From the NCBI GenBank assembly GCA_021788365.1, contig JAJYKS010000004.1, positions 28,284 through 92,283 of the forward strand: 64,000 nucleotides of DNA, read 5' to 3'. Position 1 is the first letter of the stretch. Each line of letters opens with the position of its first letter. The position numbers were made by a program, and so were the translations under genes. The notes under the pieces are model-generated. The model searched no databases, was not told where the DNA came from, and saw nothing but the letters and a program-made list of their open reading frames with translations. Shown piece after piece: positions 9,155-16,749 of the stretch. Source of the stretch: a bacterium. Lineage in GTDB: Bacteria > Patescibacteriota > Microgenomatia > UBA1400 > UBA12108.

Positions 9155-10006
9155 TTAGAGCAATAGCAGTCCCAGTGCTCCCACGAGAAGGAGGAGGACA
9201 CCAGCACCCATCGTACCAGCCGTCACCTCAAACACACCGGCAGTGGGGAGTGCCGAGGGAGCAGAGGATGGTGGCAAGCTAACCTGTCCGGTTGCGGTAA
9301 TAGAAACACTGCAGGAACTTGTTTGACCATTGGTAGAAGCAACAGTCGCGGTATTGGCAACCGACTGCGTTCCAGCCGCAGTAACTTTCACACGAATAGA
9401 CCGGGAAGCTTGCGAGCCGCCGGCGAGAGCACCGATGGTACAAGTGACAATACGCGAAGCAGAATCATACGTGCAGCCATTATCAGCATCCATAAAGGTG
9501 AGGTTGGTAGACAGGGGATCGGTAATAGTAGTGTCAGATGCCGCAGTACCACCGCTATTGCCAGCAACGATGTTATAAACAATCGCCTGACCACTTTGGA
9601 TGGTAGAAGTATCGGTGATTTCGTTATTGAGGAAGTAGAACCCAGCAGTGTTGCGGGAGTCATCCTGATACATGCGTTTCACAACACAAGTGAGATTGGC
9701 ACCGGTCGTTGTGGAGGGTGATGGTGAAGGGGATTCCGACGGCGAGGATGAGGGCGACGACGAAGGGGGTACAGAAGCAGTGACAGTAAAAGAAAGCGAG
9801 CAGGTAGCGGGGTTCACCTGCAGAACCGGTGCAGTAGTGGGTGTCGGGAGTGGTGTGGGAGTTGGTGTTGATGTAGGTGGCTGTACAACAGGTCGCCGTA
9901 CCAGGAAAACAACGAGGACAGCGGCGACAATGGTGCCAAATACACCGAGGCCTATGAGAAGCGTCTTTTTAGCGTTAGTCGTCATGGCGTTGTTGCTCCT
10001 TGCCAA
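9155..10006 (-). CDS. cell-surface protein with a DUF11 'conserved repeat domain', a Pro/Thr/Ser linker and a C-terminal LPTAG plus hydrophobic tail
   Basis: It has an N-terminal signal/anchor 'KKTLLIGLGVFGTIVAAVLVVFLV' and a PTPTP/SPS linker. 'IVYNIVAGNSGGTAASDTTITDPLSTNLTFMDADNG...IVTCTIGALAGGSQASRSIRVKV' matches the DUF11/TIGR01451 pattern. The C-terminus is 'LPTAGVFEVTAGTMGAGVLLLLVGALGLLLL'. Confidence 0.5.
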   Translation of the reverse strand: MARSNNAMTTNAKKTLLIGLGVFGTIVAAVLVVFLVRRPVVQPPTSTPTPTPLPTPTTAPVLQVNPATCSLSFTVTASVPPSSSPSSSPSESPSPSPSTTTGANLTCVVKRMYQDDSRNTAGFYFLNNEITDTSTIQSGQAIVYNIVAGNSGGTAASDTTITDPLSTNLTFMDADNGCTYDSASRIVTCTIGALAGGSQASRSIRVKVTAAGTQSVANTATVASTNGQTSSCSVSITATGQVSLPPSSAPSALPTAGVFEVTAGTMGAGVLLLLVGALGLLLL

Positions 10007-11703
10007 TTAGGGTCACAGGTCTTCGTGCCGTTAATGGTTGCACAGGCCTGACACTCCACAGAATAGGTGCCGGCCTTGGCAACGGTAAGCTCTGCGGTTG
10101 TGGCGGTTTTGTTGGTGAGCGTTGTCCAGGAGCCAGTGTCTATGCTATAGCGAAAGTTATATGAGATAGTTGCTACGTCGGCGGGTGTTGTGGCTCCTGC
10201 ACACGTAAGGGTGAGCGTCTTGCCGATGGTTATATCAGCATCGGCCGTATTCTTGGTGAGGCTACTGCAGGCGAGGGTGGGGGTAGAGCTATTGGTCGTG
10301 GTAGTGGTGGTAGTTTTGGTTGTATTGGTAACGCACCCCACACCTTGCACGCCCGTCGTCCCCGCCGCACACGTTGTCCAGTGAGGAATATTGCAGTCGA
10401 CAGGACCGCTTTCGGGGCCGCTACCGCCGTTATATCCATCACTCCCGTTGTTCGTCCGACTCGGCATGTCGTTACACCCAATGCCACCGGGCACAAACGT
10501 AAAACCCTTGGCTATCATCGCAGCAATTTCTTCGGGAGTTTGAGTTGGCATGGTTGCAACGATACTAGGTGCAACGGCTCCAGGTTGCGAATTAGTTATA
10601 TTATGGGTTGTTGCATTGTAGAGTGCAGCAGCATTTGCCGTATCAGGGTTCTGCACAAGATAGCGTTTCCCATTCGATATATAAGTCCCAGCAATATTAG
10701 CCGTTGAACTATTCCAATCACTCTGGCTAGCAGGTTGACCAGTATCGTAGTTATATCCAAACCCTCCAGCCACGTTCGACGTTGCTATACCCGTTCCGCT
10801 ATACGTACTAGAGGTATTTCCGCTGGTATTACCCTGACTTCCACTACCAGAAGTAGATCCCCCAGAGGTATTTACATTAGTAGTTCCACCACCACGAGTA
10901 GGGACAGTATGGGTGCCCACCGTTCCACCAGTATTGTTGTTAACAATAGTACCGCCCACCGCTCTGAATGCACCATCAATGAGCACCACAGCGATAGATC
11001 CTGTTTTTGCCTGCGAATAGTAGTAAAGGCCTCCAACGCCGACAAGCCCCACCATAAAGAAGAGCACTCCAACTATTGTCAGGAGTACTTTCTTTCCTTT
11101 CCCCTTTTTCTTTCCCTTTTGACTCCCCACAAGCGGAGAAGGAGGGACTGGTGGAGTAGAGGAAGCAGCTAGAGGTGGCTCCGGTGGAAACGCAGGAGAC
11201 GATACAGTGAGGGTGGTCGTACTCGTCGGTGTGGCAAAAGCCAAAGGTGGCTCCTCGGTTGCGGGTAGAGCTGGTGTCGGTTGCGGGGTTGGAGGTGTAT
11301 TCGGAGTCATAGCGTCAGACACAGTAGGCGACTGTTCGGAAGGTATCTCGGCGACAGTTGGGGAAGTTAGTGGTTGTGTGGGAGAAAGTGGAGTTGCCGG
11401 CTCCGCAGGGGTAGGATCCACAATTGGCTTAGGCTCTTCGGGAGCTGATAGCGGTGCTGGCTCCGAGGGAGCACCGACAAGCTCAGGAGGAACAGTCTCA
11501 GGAGTGGGTTGTGGTGCAGGAGATAGTTCCGGCGGGATCGCCTCCACGGGTGTCGGGTCAGAAGTTGGTGACGAGGGTGTTTGTGGTACCGAAAGCACTT
11601 CGTCTACAACTTTTTGTGGATCAGGAAGTACCGGTAAACCGTTGGGTGCCACTGGTGTCTGTTGAGTATCATCTGTCATAAGTCCACCATAACTAGAGCG
11701 CAA
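9982..11703 (-). CDS. hypothetical single-pass membrane protein with a proline-rich N-terminal region and a Gly/Thr/Cys-rich C-terminal ectodomain
   Basis: 573 aa. About 200 aa of Pro-rich low-complexity sequence precede a Lys-rich stretch and one TM ('VLLTIVGVLFFMVGLVGVGGLYYY'). The ectodomain carries conserved Cys pairs and a poly-Thr run. The gene overlaps its upstream and downstream neighbours, so it sits in an operon. Confidence 0.4.
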   Translation of the reverse strand: MRSSYGGLMTDDTQQTPVAPNGLPVLPDPQKVVDEVLSVPQTPSSPTSDPTPVEAIPPELSPAPQPTPETVPPELVGAPSEPAPLSAPEEPKPIVDPTPAEPATPLSPTQPLTSPTVAEIPSEQSPTVSDAMTPNTPPTPQPTPALPATEEPPLAFATPTSTTTLTVSSPAFPPEPPLAASSTPPVPPSPLVGSQKGKKKGKGKKVLLTIVGVLFFMVGLVGVGGLYYYSQAKTGSIAVVLIDGAFRAVGGTIVNNNTGGTVGTHTVPTRGGGTTNVNTSGGSTSGSGSQGNTSGNTSSTYSGTGIATSNVAGGFGYNYDTGQPASQSDWNSSTANIAGTYISNGKRYLVQNPDTANAAALYNATTHNITNSQPGAVAPSIVATMPTQTPEEIAAMIAKGFTFVPGGIGCNDMPSRTNNGSDGYNGGSGPESGPVDCNIPHWTTCAAGTTGVQGVGCVTNTTKTTTTTTTNSSTPTLACSSLTKNTADADITIGKTLTLTCAGATTPADVATISYNFRYSIDTGSWTTLTNKTATTAELTVAKAGTYSVECQACATINGTKTCDPNWQGATTP

Positions 11704-13063
11704 GTAGAAAAGCGCCTGCTACCATAATCGCAAACCCTATGGCACCAGTCAATACAGTGGGTTCGACAATCCCCGTGACCGGCACCCCGCTGCCCGTTGC
11801 GGGCATCGCGACGCGACCTCCGGCAGTTGACTCGACAATGGGGCTACCCACGGGAGTAGGAGACGGATAAATGGCCGTTGTACTCGCCGACGGGGTCGAT
11901 ACAAATGCTGGGTCACCCGCCGCCGCCTCGACTTTCGACACGGTAAATGTCCGTTCCAAAGTCTGAGCAACTCCCTGTGCGTCAATATAATTGATGGTAA
12001 CCGTATGCGAGCCAGGCGCAAGATTTGCCGGTGGTGTCCACGTCCACGTACCGTTATTCGCGACAGTAACAGTGCCACTATATGGCGTCACCGAGTGTAC
12101 CGTAATAGAAAGTACCGCAGCCGAAGGGCCAGTACCGCGGAACTCCGGTTGGGTCGTTGCAATGGTTTCCCCATCGCTCGCCGGGTTAGAAAGGGTGACA
12201 CTCCCGGCACTCGGAGGTGTGGACCCCAAAGGTTGTACGTTAAATATCCCAGGTACTTGCCCAGAACTCGTCGAAGCAGGCGTAGCAGACGGAGTTGCCG
12301 GCTCCACAACAGCTACATTGGGAATAGCAGCGGCCGCGCGAAAATCGGGATTCTGCCCCATGGTGATGACGGGGACTGGCGTCGAGTTGGCAAGCGAAAC
12401 AGTAGCGGTAGACGTTTGACTACCAGTCTCGACGGTGACAGTAGCAATGGTAGCAGAAGGATCAAACGCCACGTAAGAAGAAAGATCAGTCGTACGAATA
12501 GTTGAGAGTGGTATGGTATATGAACCAGGTGCGTGAACGAGTACTGAAGCAACTTGCGCGTTGGGGAGAGCAAGATAAACGAGCGCGTCTCCAACGCTCC
12601 CTCCGCCAGGGTTCTGGACAGTCCCGTAAAAACTTTTTGCCAAAGGAGTAGTGGTAATAGTGGGACCGGTTGTAACGGTATAGGGAGAGCCGTTATTGTC
12701 GTACGTTGCAGAATTAGACGTAATACGAAAAGCATATTGAGTACTCGGCTGCAAACCAGTCACGGTTACTTGATGAGTGGTATATGAGTCTGGAGCGGTA
12801 GCCGAATCGCGCTCGTCGGCAACTTTTGTAGACAACGCATCTCCTACTTTACCCCACACCACGCTACCGGTCGCCTTTCCAGACGTTATCCACGACACAG
12901 AAAATTTATTATCTGCAGTATTACTTATTCGTACTTTCTGTGGAATAAATTCTGGGTTCACGGCAGACCGCTCTGAACGCAAAAACCACACCCCTCCGGC
13001 AATGCCCGCAAAGAGAAGCACCAACCCCAGCAAAGTAGGAAACCGTTGGGTGAGCAGGTTCAT
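11693..13063 (-). CDS. cell-surface protein with an FN3-like N-terminal domain, Ser/Thr-rich repeats, an Ig-like domain and a C-terminal MPATG plus hydrophobic tail
   Basis: 456 aa with an N-terminal signal anchor. 'KFSVSWITSGKATGSVVWGK...YTTHQVTVTGLQPSTQYAFRITS' is FN3-like. 'GTVTVANNGTWTWTPPANLAPGSHTVTINYIDAQG' is bacterial Ig-like. The C-terminus is '...AMPATGSGVPVTGIVEPTVLTGAIGFAIMVAGAFLLAL'. Confidence 0.45.
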   Translation of the reverse strand: MNLLTQRFPTLLGLVLLFAGIAGGVWFLRSERSAVNPEFIPQKVRISNTADNKFSVSWITSGKATGSVVWGKVGDALSTKVADERDSATAPDSYTTHQVTVTGLQPSTQYAFRITSNSATYDNNGSPYTVTTGPTITTTPLAKSFYGTVQNPGGGSVGDALVYLALPNAQVASVLVHAPGSYTIPLSTIRTTDLSSYVAFDPSATIATVTVETGSQTSTATVSLANSTPVPVITMGQNPDFRAAAAIPNVAVVEPATPSATPASTSSGQVPGIFNVQPLGSTPPSAGSVTLSNPASDGETIATTQPEFRGTGPSAAVLSITVHSVTPYSGTVTVANNGTWTWTPPANLAPGSHTVTINYIDAQGVAQTLERTFTVSKVEAAAGDPAFVSTPSASTTAIYPSPTPVGSPIVESTAGGRVAMPATGSGVPVTGIVEPTVLTGAIGFAIMVAGAFLLAL

Positions 13064-13091
13064 CTTATTTTCATAGTAGCACGTCTAGTAG

Positions 13092-13430
13092 TTATGGTGT
13101 AGGGCTCGGAGCCGAACTCGCCGAGGTGGTTGCAATTTGTGCCTGCACAATAGGCGATGGTGGGGGGGTTGCGCTACTCGTAGCCACAAGTGACTGTACG
13201 ATCGTCGCCGCACTCTGTGACAGTTGGGTACGCGCCGAGAGTGATGCCACAGTCGCCTGGTCTATCGTGGGGCTCACGGGGGAAAGGGTAGACGCATCGA
13301 CACCAATAGGAGCCGGTGTTGAGAGTGCACGGTACACGGAAATGGCAACCCAAAGAAATACAACAAAGAGCGTAATAAGAGCTATCTGATAATAATTACG
13401 GCTAATAAGAATAGTACTATGCTTGCTCAT
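13092..13430 (-). CDS. small membrane-anchored Ser/Thr/Pro-rich protein in the pil operon
   Basis: 112 aa with one TM ('IALITLFVVFLWVAISVY') and a low-complexity tail. It overlaps the upstream PilO-like gene by 4 nt (ATGA). Confidence 0.35.
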   Translation of the reverse strand: MSKHSTILISRNYYQIALITLFVVFLWVAISVYRALSTPAPIGVDASTLSPVSPTIDQATVASLSARTQLSQSAATIVQSLVATSSATPPPSPIVQAQIATTSASSAPSPTP

Positions 13431-14125
13431 TTTGATGTCGCTCCCTTATCGCTAGGTAGTGATGTGGTTATTTGTTTTTGATCTGCCATATATGACACAG
13501 TACCAGAAATGGAAAGAGTAACAGTTGCGGTCGAGTCCTTAGTAATAGCTTGGTGAGAGAAAGTAACAGAGGTGATGGTTACTATTCGGTCAAGTGACAG
13601 GAGTGATGTGAGAAACGTAGAGGTTTGTCCGTACGACCCAGCCACTTGAATAGTGACCGGCATAGACACAACGGACTCGGTCTTAGCAAGGGTAAAAGGT
13701 GAAACAATCTGGGAAAAAAGAAGTGTTTCACCGATATTGTCGTTAACGAGAGTCGCCCCACTTTGCGCTGCAAGGATTTCGATTGAACTGGTAAATGGGA
13801 TATACCCAGCATCCGTCGTTGGTATGCTGGCATCTATATAGGAGAGCGAAGGCTTGAGAGCGGTGAGTATGGTTGCCGCGCGCTGTAGCGAGGAGACTTT
13901 TGCGTCAAGTTGCTGCAGAGTTTGCCGCGAATCTTGGATGTCTTTTTGGAGTGAAATAATGGTTGTCAAAGTAGGGCGCAGCGCGAAGAATATAAAGAAA
14001 GCAATAATAAACATCGATAAAACCACCTGTAGCGATATTTGCACCGCAGGTAACCGGTAATAACGTCGCAAATCCAAGTCGTAATGGCGGGCTCTAACTT
14101 GGGAATATTTTGTGGCAGGGCTCAT
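13427..14125 (-). CDS. pilO: type IV pilus assembly protein PilO-like
   Basis: 232 aa. A short cytoplasmic N-terminus and a single TM are followed by a coiled-coil ('LQKDIQDSRQTLQQLDAKVSSLQRA') and a beta-rich periplasmic domain. It lies immediately downstream of PilN with a 4-nt overlap. Confidence 0.45.
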   Translation of the reverse strand: MSPATKYSQVRARHYDLDLRRYYRLPAVQISLQVVLSMFIIAFFIFFALRPTLTTIISLQKDIQDSRQTLQQLDAKVSSLQRAATILTALKPSLSYIDASIPTTDAGYIPFTSSIEILAAQSGATLVNDNIGETLLFSQIVSPFTLAKTESVVSMPVTIQVAGSYGQTSTFLTSLLSLDRIVTITSVTFSHQAITKDSTATVTLSISGTVSYMADQKQITTSLPSDKGATSK

Positions 14126-14712
14126 GTCGTTTTTTGCGCTCCAAGAGTCAAAGTAACATCAAATTGCATCTGCGCATCCTTTGCCCCACCATCCTGAATC
14201 TGGCTAATGGTAACCGCGGTAAAAAATGGGGTGTGTTGAAGTGTCGTGAGAAACTGCCCAAAACTACCAAGGGAAGACGCATAAGCGGTAAAGCTGAGCG
14301 TTTTTGGAGTGATGGTTATGTGGTCATACCATATTCCCGCAGGCGTTGCTTGGGTGAGGAGGGTAAAAGCCCGTGAGATGGTAGTCTGATCTACAAGTGC
14401 TGTTTTAGCAAAAGATATACGCTTCTGAGCTAGGATGAAATCGCGCTCTATTTGGTTATATGAGCCAATAATAGCAACATCCTTGGCAACCGCAGTGCGT
14501 AGATCGGTCATCTGCCGGTCAAGCGCAAAGCGCCACAAAAATGCAAACATGACAATGAGCTGAGTCAAAATAACCGCCCACTTACCAAACGCCAGAGCCC
14601 ACTCGAGGACTATGCCAACAGTACTGGACTCGAACGCATCACGTGGAAGTAGATTGATCGACCTCTTATGGCCGAAAAAAGCGGGCAGCTGCATGTCTAC
14701 CAGTATAAACAA
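14122..14712 (-). CDS. pilN: type IV pilus assembly protein PilN
   Basis: 196 aa. The N-terminal 'INLLP' (PilM-binding motif) is followed by one TM ('AVILTQLIVMFAFLW'), a coiled-coil and a ferredoxin-like periplasmic domain, which is the canonical PilN architecture. Confidence 0.6.
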   Translation of the reverse strand: MFILVDMQLPAFFGHKRSINLLPRDAFESSTVGIVLEWALAFGKWAVILTQLIVMFAFLWRFALDRQMTDLRTAVAKDVAIIGSYNQIERDFILAQKRISFAKTALVDQTTISRAFTLLTQATPAGIWYDHITITPKTLSFTAYASSLGSFGQFLTTLQHTPFFTAVTISQIQDGGAKDAQMQFDVTLTLGAQKTT

Positions 14713-14743
14713 ATTTAGGAAAAGTAGGAAGCGGAGTTAAAGA

Positions 14744-15007
14744 TTATTTCGCAAATGGACTAGTCGTGAGCTTCGCACGTGAACCCTTGACGAGGCGCGA
14801 CTTCATACGAGCTGCTGCTCGTGGGGAAACAAGATGTTTTTTAACAGCACGATCAATAGCGGCATAGAAAGCAGAAATAGCCGTAGAGGACGGTGTGGTA
14901 CGTGCAGCCTTGAGCGTGCTCTTCACGCGCCCGGATACGGGGACGTTAGAGGCTGCTCGTCGACGATCGACTCGCTGCTTTTTAATTGCTGATTTCAGAA
15001 GTGGCAT
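14744..15007 (-). CDS. rpsT: 30S ribosomal protein S20
   Basis: The ORF-track entry 14744..15202 is N-terminally over-extended. Starting from the internal Met, 'MPLLKSAIKKQRVDRRRAASNVPVSGRVKSTLKAARTT...AAIDRAVKKHLVSPRAAARMKSRLVKGSRAKL' matches S20 over about 87 aa. Confidence 0.75.
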   Translation of the reverse strand: MPLLKSAIKKQRVDRRRAASNVPVSGRVKSTLKAARTTPSSTAISAFYAAIDRAVKKHLVSPRAAARMKSRLVKGSRAKLTTSPFAK

Positions 15008-15065
15008 GGTGCGTAGTATACCGTACCCCCTGTTCACTGTCCACTGTTCAGGGTAAACTAGTGCC

Positions 15066-16730
15066 ATGTTTGAGCGACTTATGCGTGGCGGCCGAGAGCT
15101 TGTATCAAAAGAAAACTCTTCGATCCTATCCGCAGCTTTCATCATTATGGGTGCCACGTTTCTCTCTGCAATCCTCGGGTTTATCCGTACTCGTCTCCTC
15201 ATTCAATACTTTTTCGGGAACAAGGCAGTGCTCGATGCCTTCTGGGCAGCTTTCCGTATTCCGGACACCATCTTTCAACTCTTGATTGTAGGAGCCCTCT
15301 CCTCGGCTTTTATTCCCATTTTCAGTAAGTACCTGGAAAAAGGGAGGGAAGAAGAGGCAAGTACCATTGCCGCGTCCATGATCAATGTTGTTGTGGGGGT
15401 AATGGTGCTCCTAAGCGTTGGTATTGTCGTATGGGCAGAGCCGCTGTCCCATCTCATTGCTGGTGGTTTTCCAGAGGGACAAATTAAGATAATGGTAAGC
15501 CTTACTCGGGTTATGGCCGTTGCCGACGTACTCTTTGGCTTCTCGTCATTTCTAACAGGAATTATCCAGTCTCACAAGCGCTTCATAGTACCCGCACTCG
15601 CCCCCTCACTCTACAACGTCGGCATTATCCTAGGCACAATATTTTTAAGCAAACCACTTGGCATCATGGGCCCAGCGATAGGCGTCATCGTAGGAGCGCT
15701 GCTCCATCTCGCCGTACAACTCCCCCTCGCTCGCATGCTAGGCTTCCGCTACCGCCCTATTGTGGCACGACATCCGGCGATATCCGAAATGGGGCGACTC
15801 ATGCTCCCTCGCGTCCTAACGCTCTCACTCGCGCAAATCGAGCAAACAGTCGTTATTGCGTTCTCCTCATGGCTTTCGCTGGGGACAGTCACGGTCATGT
15901 CTATCGCTCAACAGCTGGCAAATCTACCAATTCGCATGATAGGCATCACCATAGGTCAAGCCTCACTACCGTTTTTTGCAAAAGAAATGGCACGCGGTAA
16001 CAAAGCGGGACTGGCAGAAATGGTTAACAATGCCATTCTACAAATGCTATACCTGGCACTTCCCGCCTCGGCCATAGTCCTCATATTAAGAATTCCGCTC
16101 GTGCGCTTAGCGTATGGTGCCGGCTCCTTCCCCTGGGCCGATACAGTGACTACGGGTCGGGTTGTTGCCATGCTGGCGCTCGCGATAGCCGCAGGCTCCC
16201 TGACGAATATCGTCATCCGCGTCTTCTATGCCCTGCACGACACCAAGACACCATTTGTAATAAACCTTGTAGCAACCTCCATTAACGTTAGCCTAAGTTA
16301 CTACCTGCTCTTCATAATAAAAACCGGCGTTATAGGCATGGCGTTCGCCATGACCCTTGCTGACACAGTCGAGAGCGTTATCCTCACCATCGTACTCTAC
16401 AACGTCGCCTCGTTCTCACTGAAGAAACTAGGCGTGCCATTTCTAAAAATGCTTCTTGCCTCGGCAGTGACCGCGGTCATGTTGTGGTTGCCAATGCGTC
16501 TTCTCGATCAGTTCATTTTTGACACTACACACACCTTCCCCTTGCTCGTATTAACAGTTATGGTCACGGGCATTGGCTTGGCTGTATACATCATGTTGTC
16601 GTACCTCCTCCACATCCGCGAGCTTGAAGTATTTGTGACACTCCTCAAGAAATTAGGTGACTGGCGCAAATCACTCGTTGCTTCCCCCGAAGCCTTGGAG
16701 CCGGTAGATTCAACCGACCTCTCGGCGTAA
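15066..16730 (+). CDS. murJ: lipid II flippase MurJ (MviN family)
   Basis: 554 aa and 14-TM. 'FRIPDTIFQLLIVGALSSAFIPIFS' and the overall MOP-flippase pattern are typical of MurJ. Confidence 0.8.
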   Translation: MFERLMRGGRELVSKENSSILSAAFIIMGATFLSAILGFIRTRLLIQYFFGNKAVLDAFWAAFRIPDTIFQLLIVGALSSAFIPIFSKYLEKGREEEASTIAASMINVVVGVMVLLSVGIVVWAEPLSHLIAGGFPEGQIKIMVSLTRVMAVADVLFGFSSFLTGIIQSHKRFIVPALAPSLYNVGIILGTIFLSKPLGIMGPAIGVIVGALLHLAVQLPLARMLGFRYRPIVARHPAISEMGRLMLPRVLTLSLAQIEQTVVIAFSSWLSLGTVTVMSIAQQLANLPIRMIGITIGQASLPFFAKEMARGNKAGLAEMVNNAILQMLYLALPASAIVLILRIPLVRLAYGAGSFPWADTVTTGRVVAMLALAIAAGSLTNIVIRVFYALHDTKTPFVINLVATSINVSLSYYLLFIIKTGVIGMAFAMTLADTVESVILTIVLYNVASFSLKKLGVPFLKMLLASAVTAVMLWLPMRLLDQFIFDTTHTFPLLVLTVMVTGIGLAVYIMLSYLLHIRELEVFVTLLKKLGDWRKSLVASPEALEPVDSTDLSA

Positions 16731-16749
16731 CCGGTATAATATCTCGACA

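Noticed and set aside
11749-12735. Several overlapping ORFs on both strands (109-166 aa; 11749-12078, 11991-12505, 12088-12309, 12313-12735) inside the 456-aa surface-protein gene
   Set aside because: They are Arg/Leu/Pro-rich translations of alternative frames of a GC-rich repetitive gene. The + strand FN3/Ig-containing frame on the minus strand is the only one with domain structure.
14744-15202. 152-aa version of the rpsT ORF
   Set aside because: The first 65 residues have no S20 similarity and would run into the murJ divergent promoter region. The internal Met at 15007 gives a canonical 87-aa S20.
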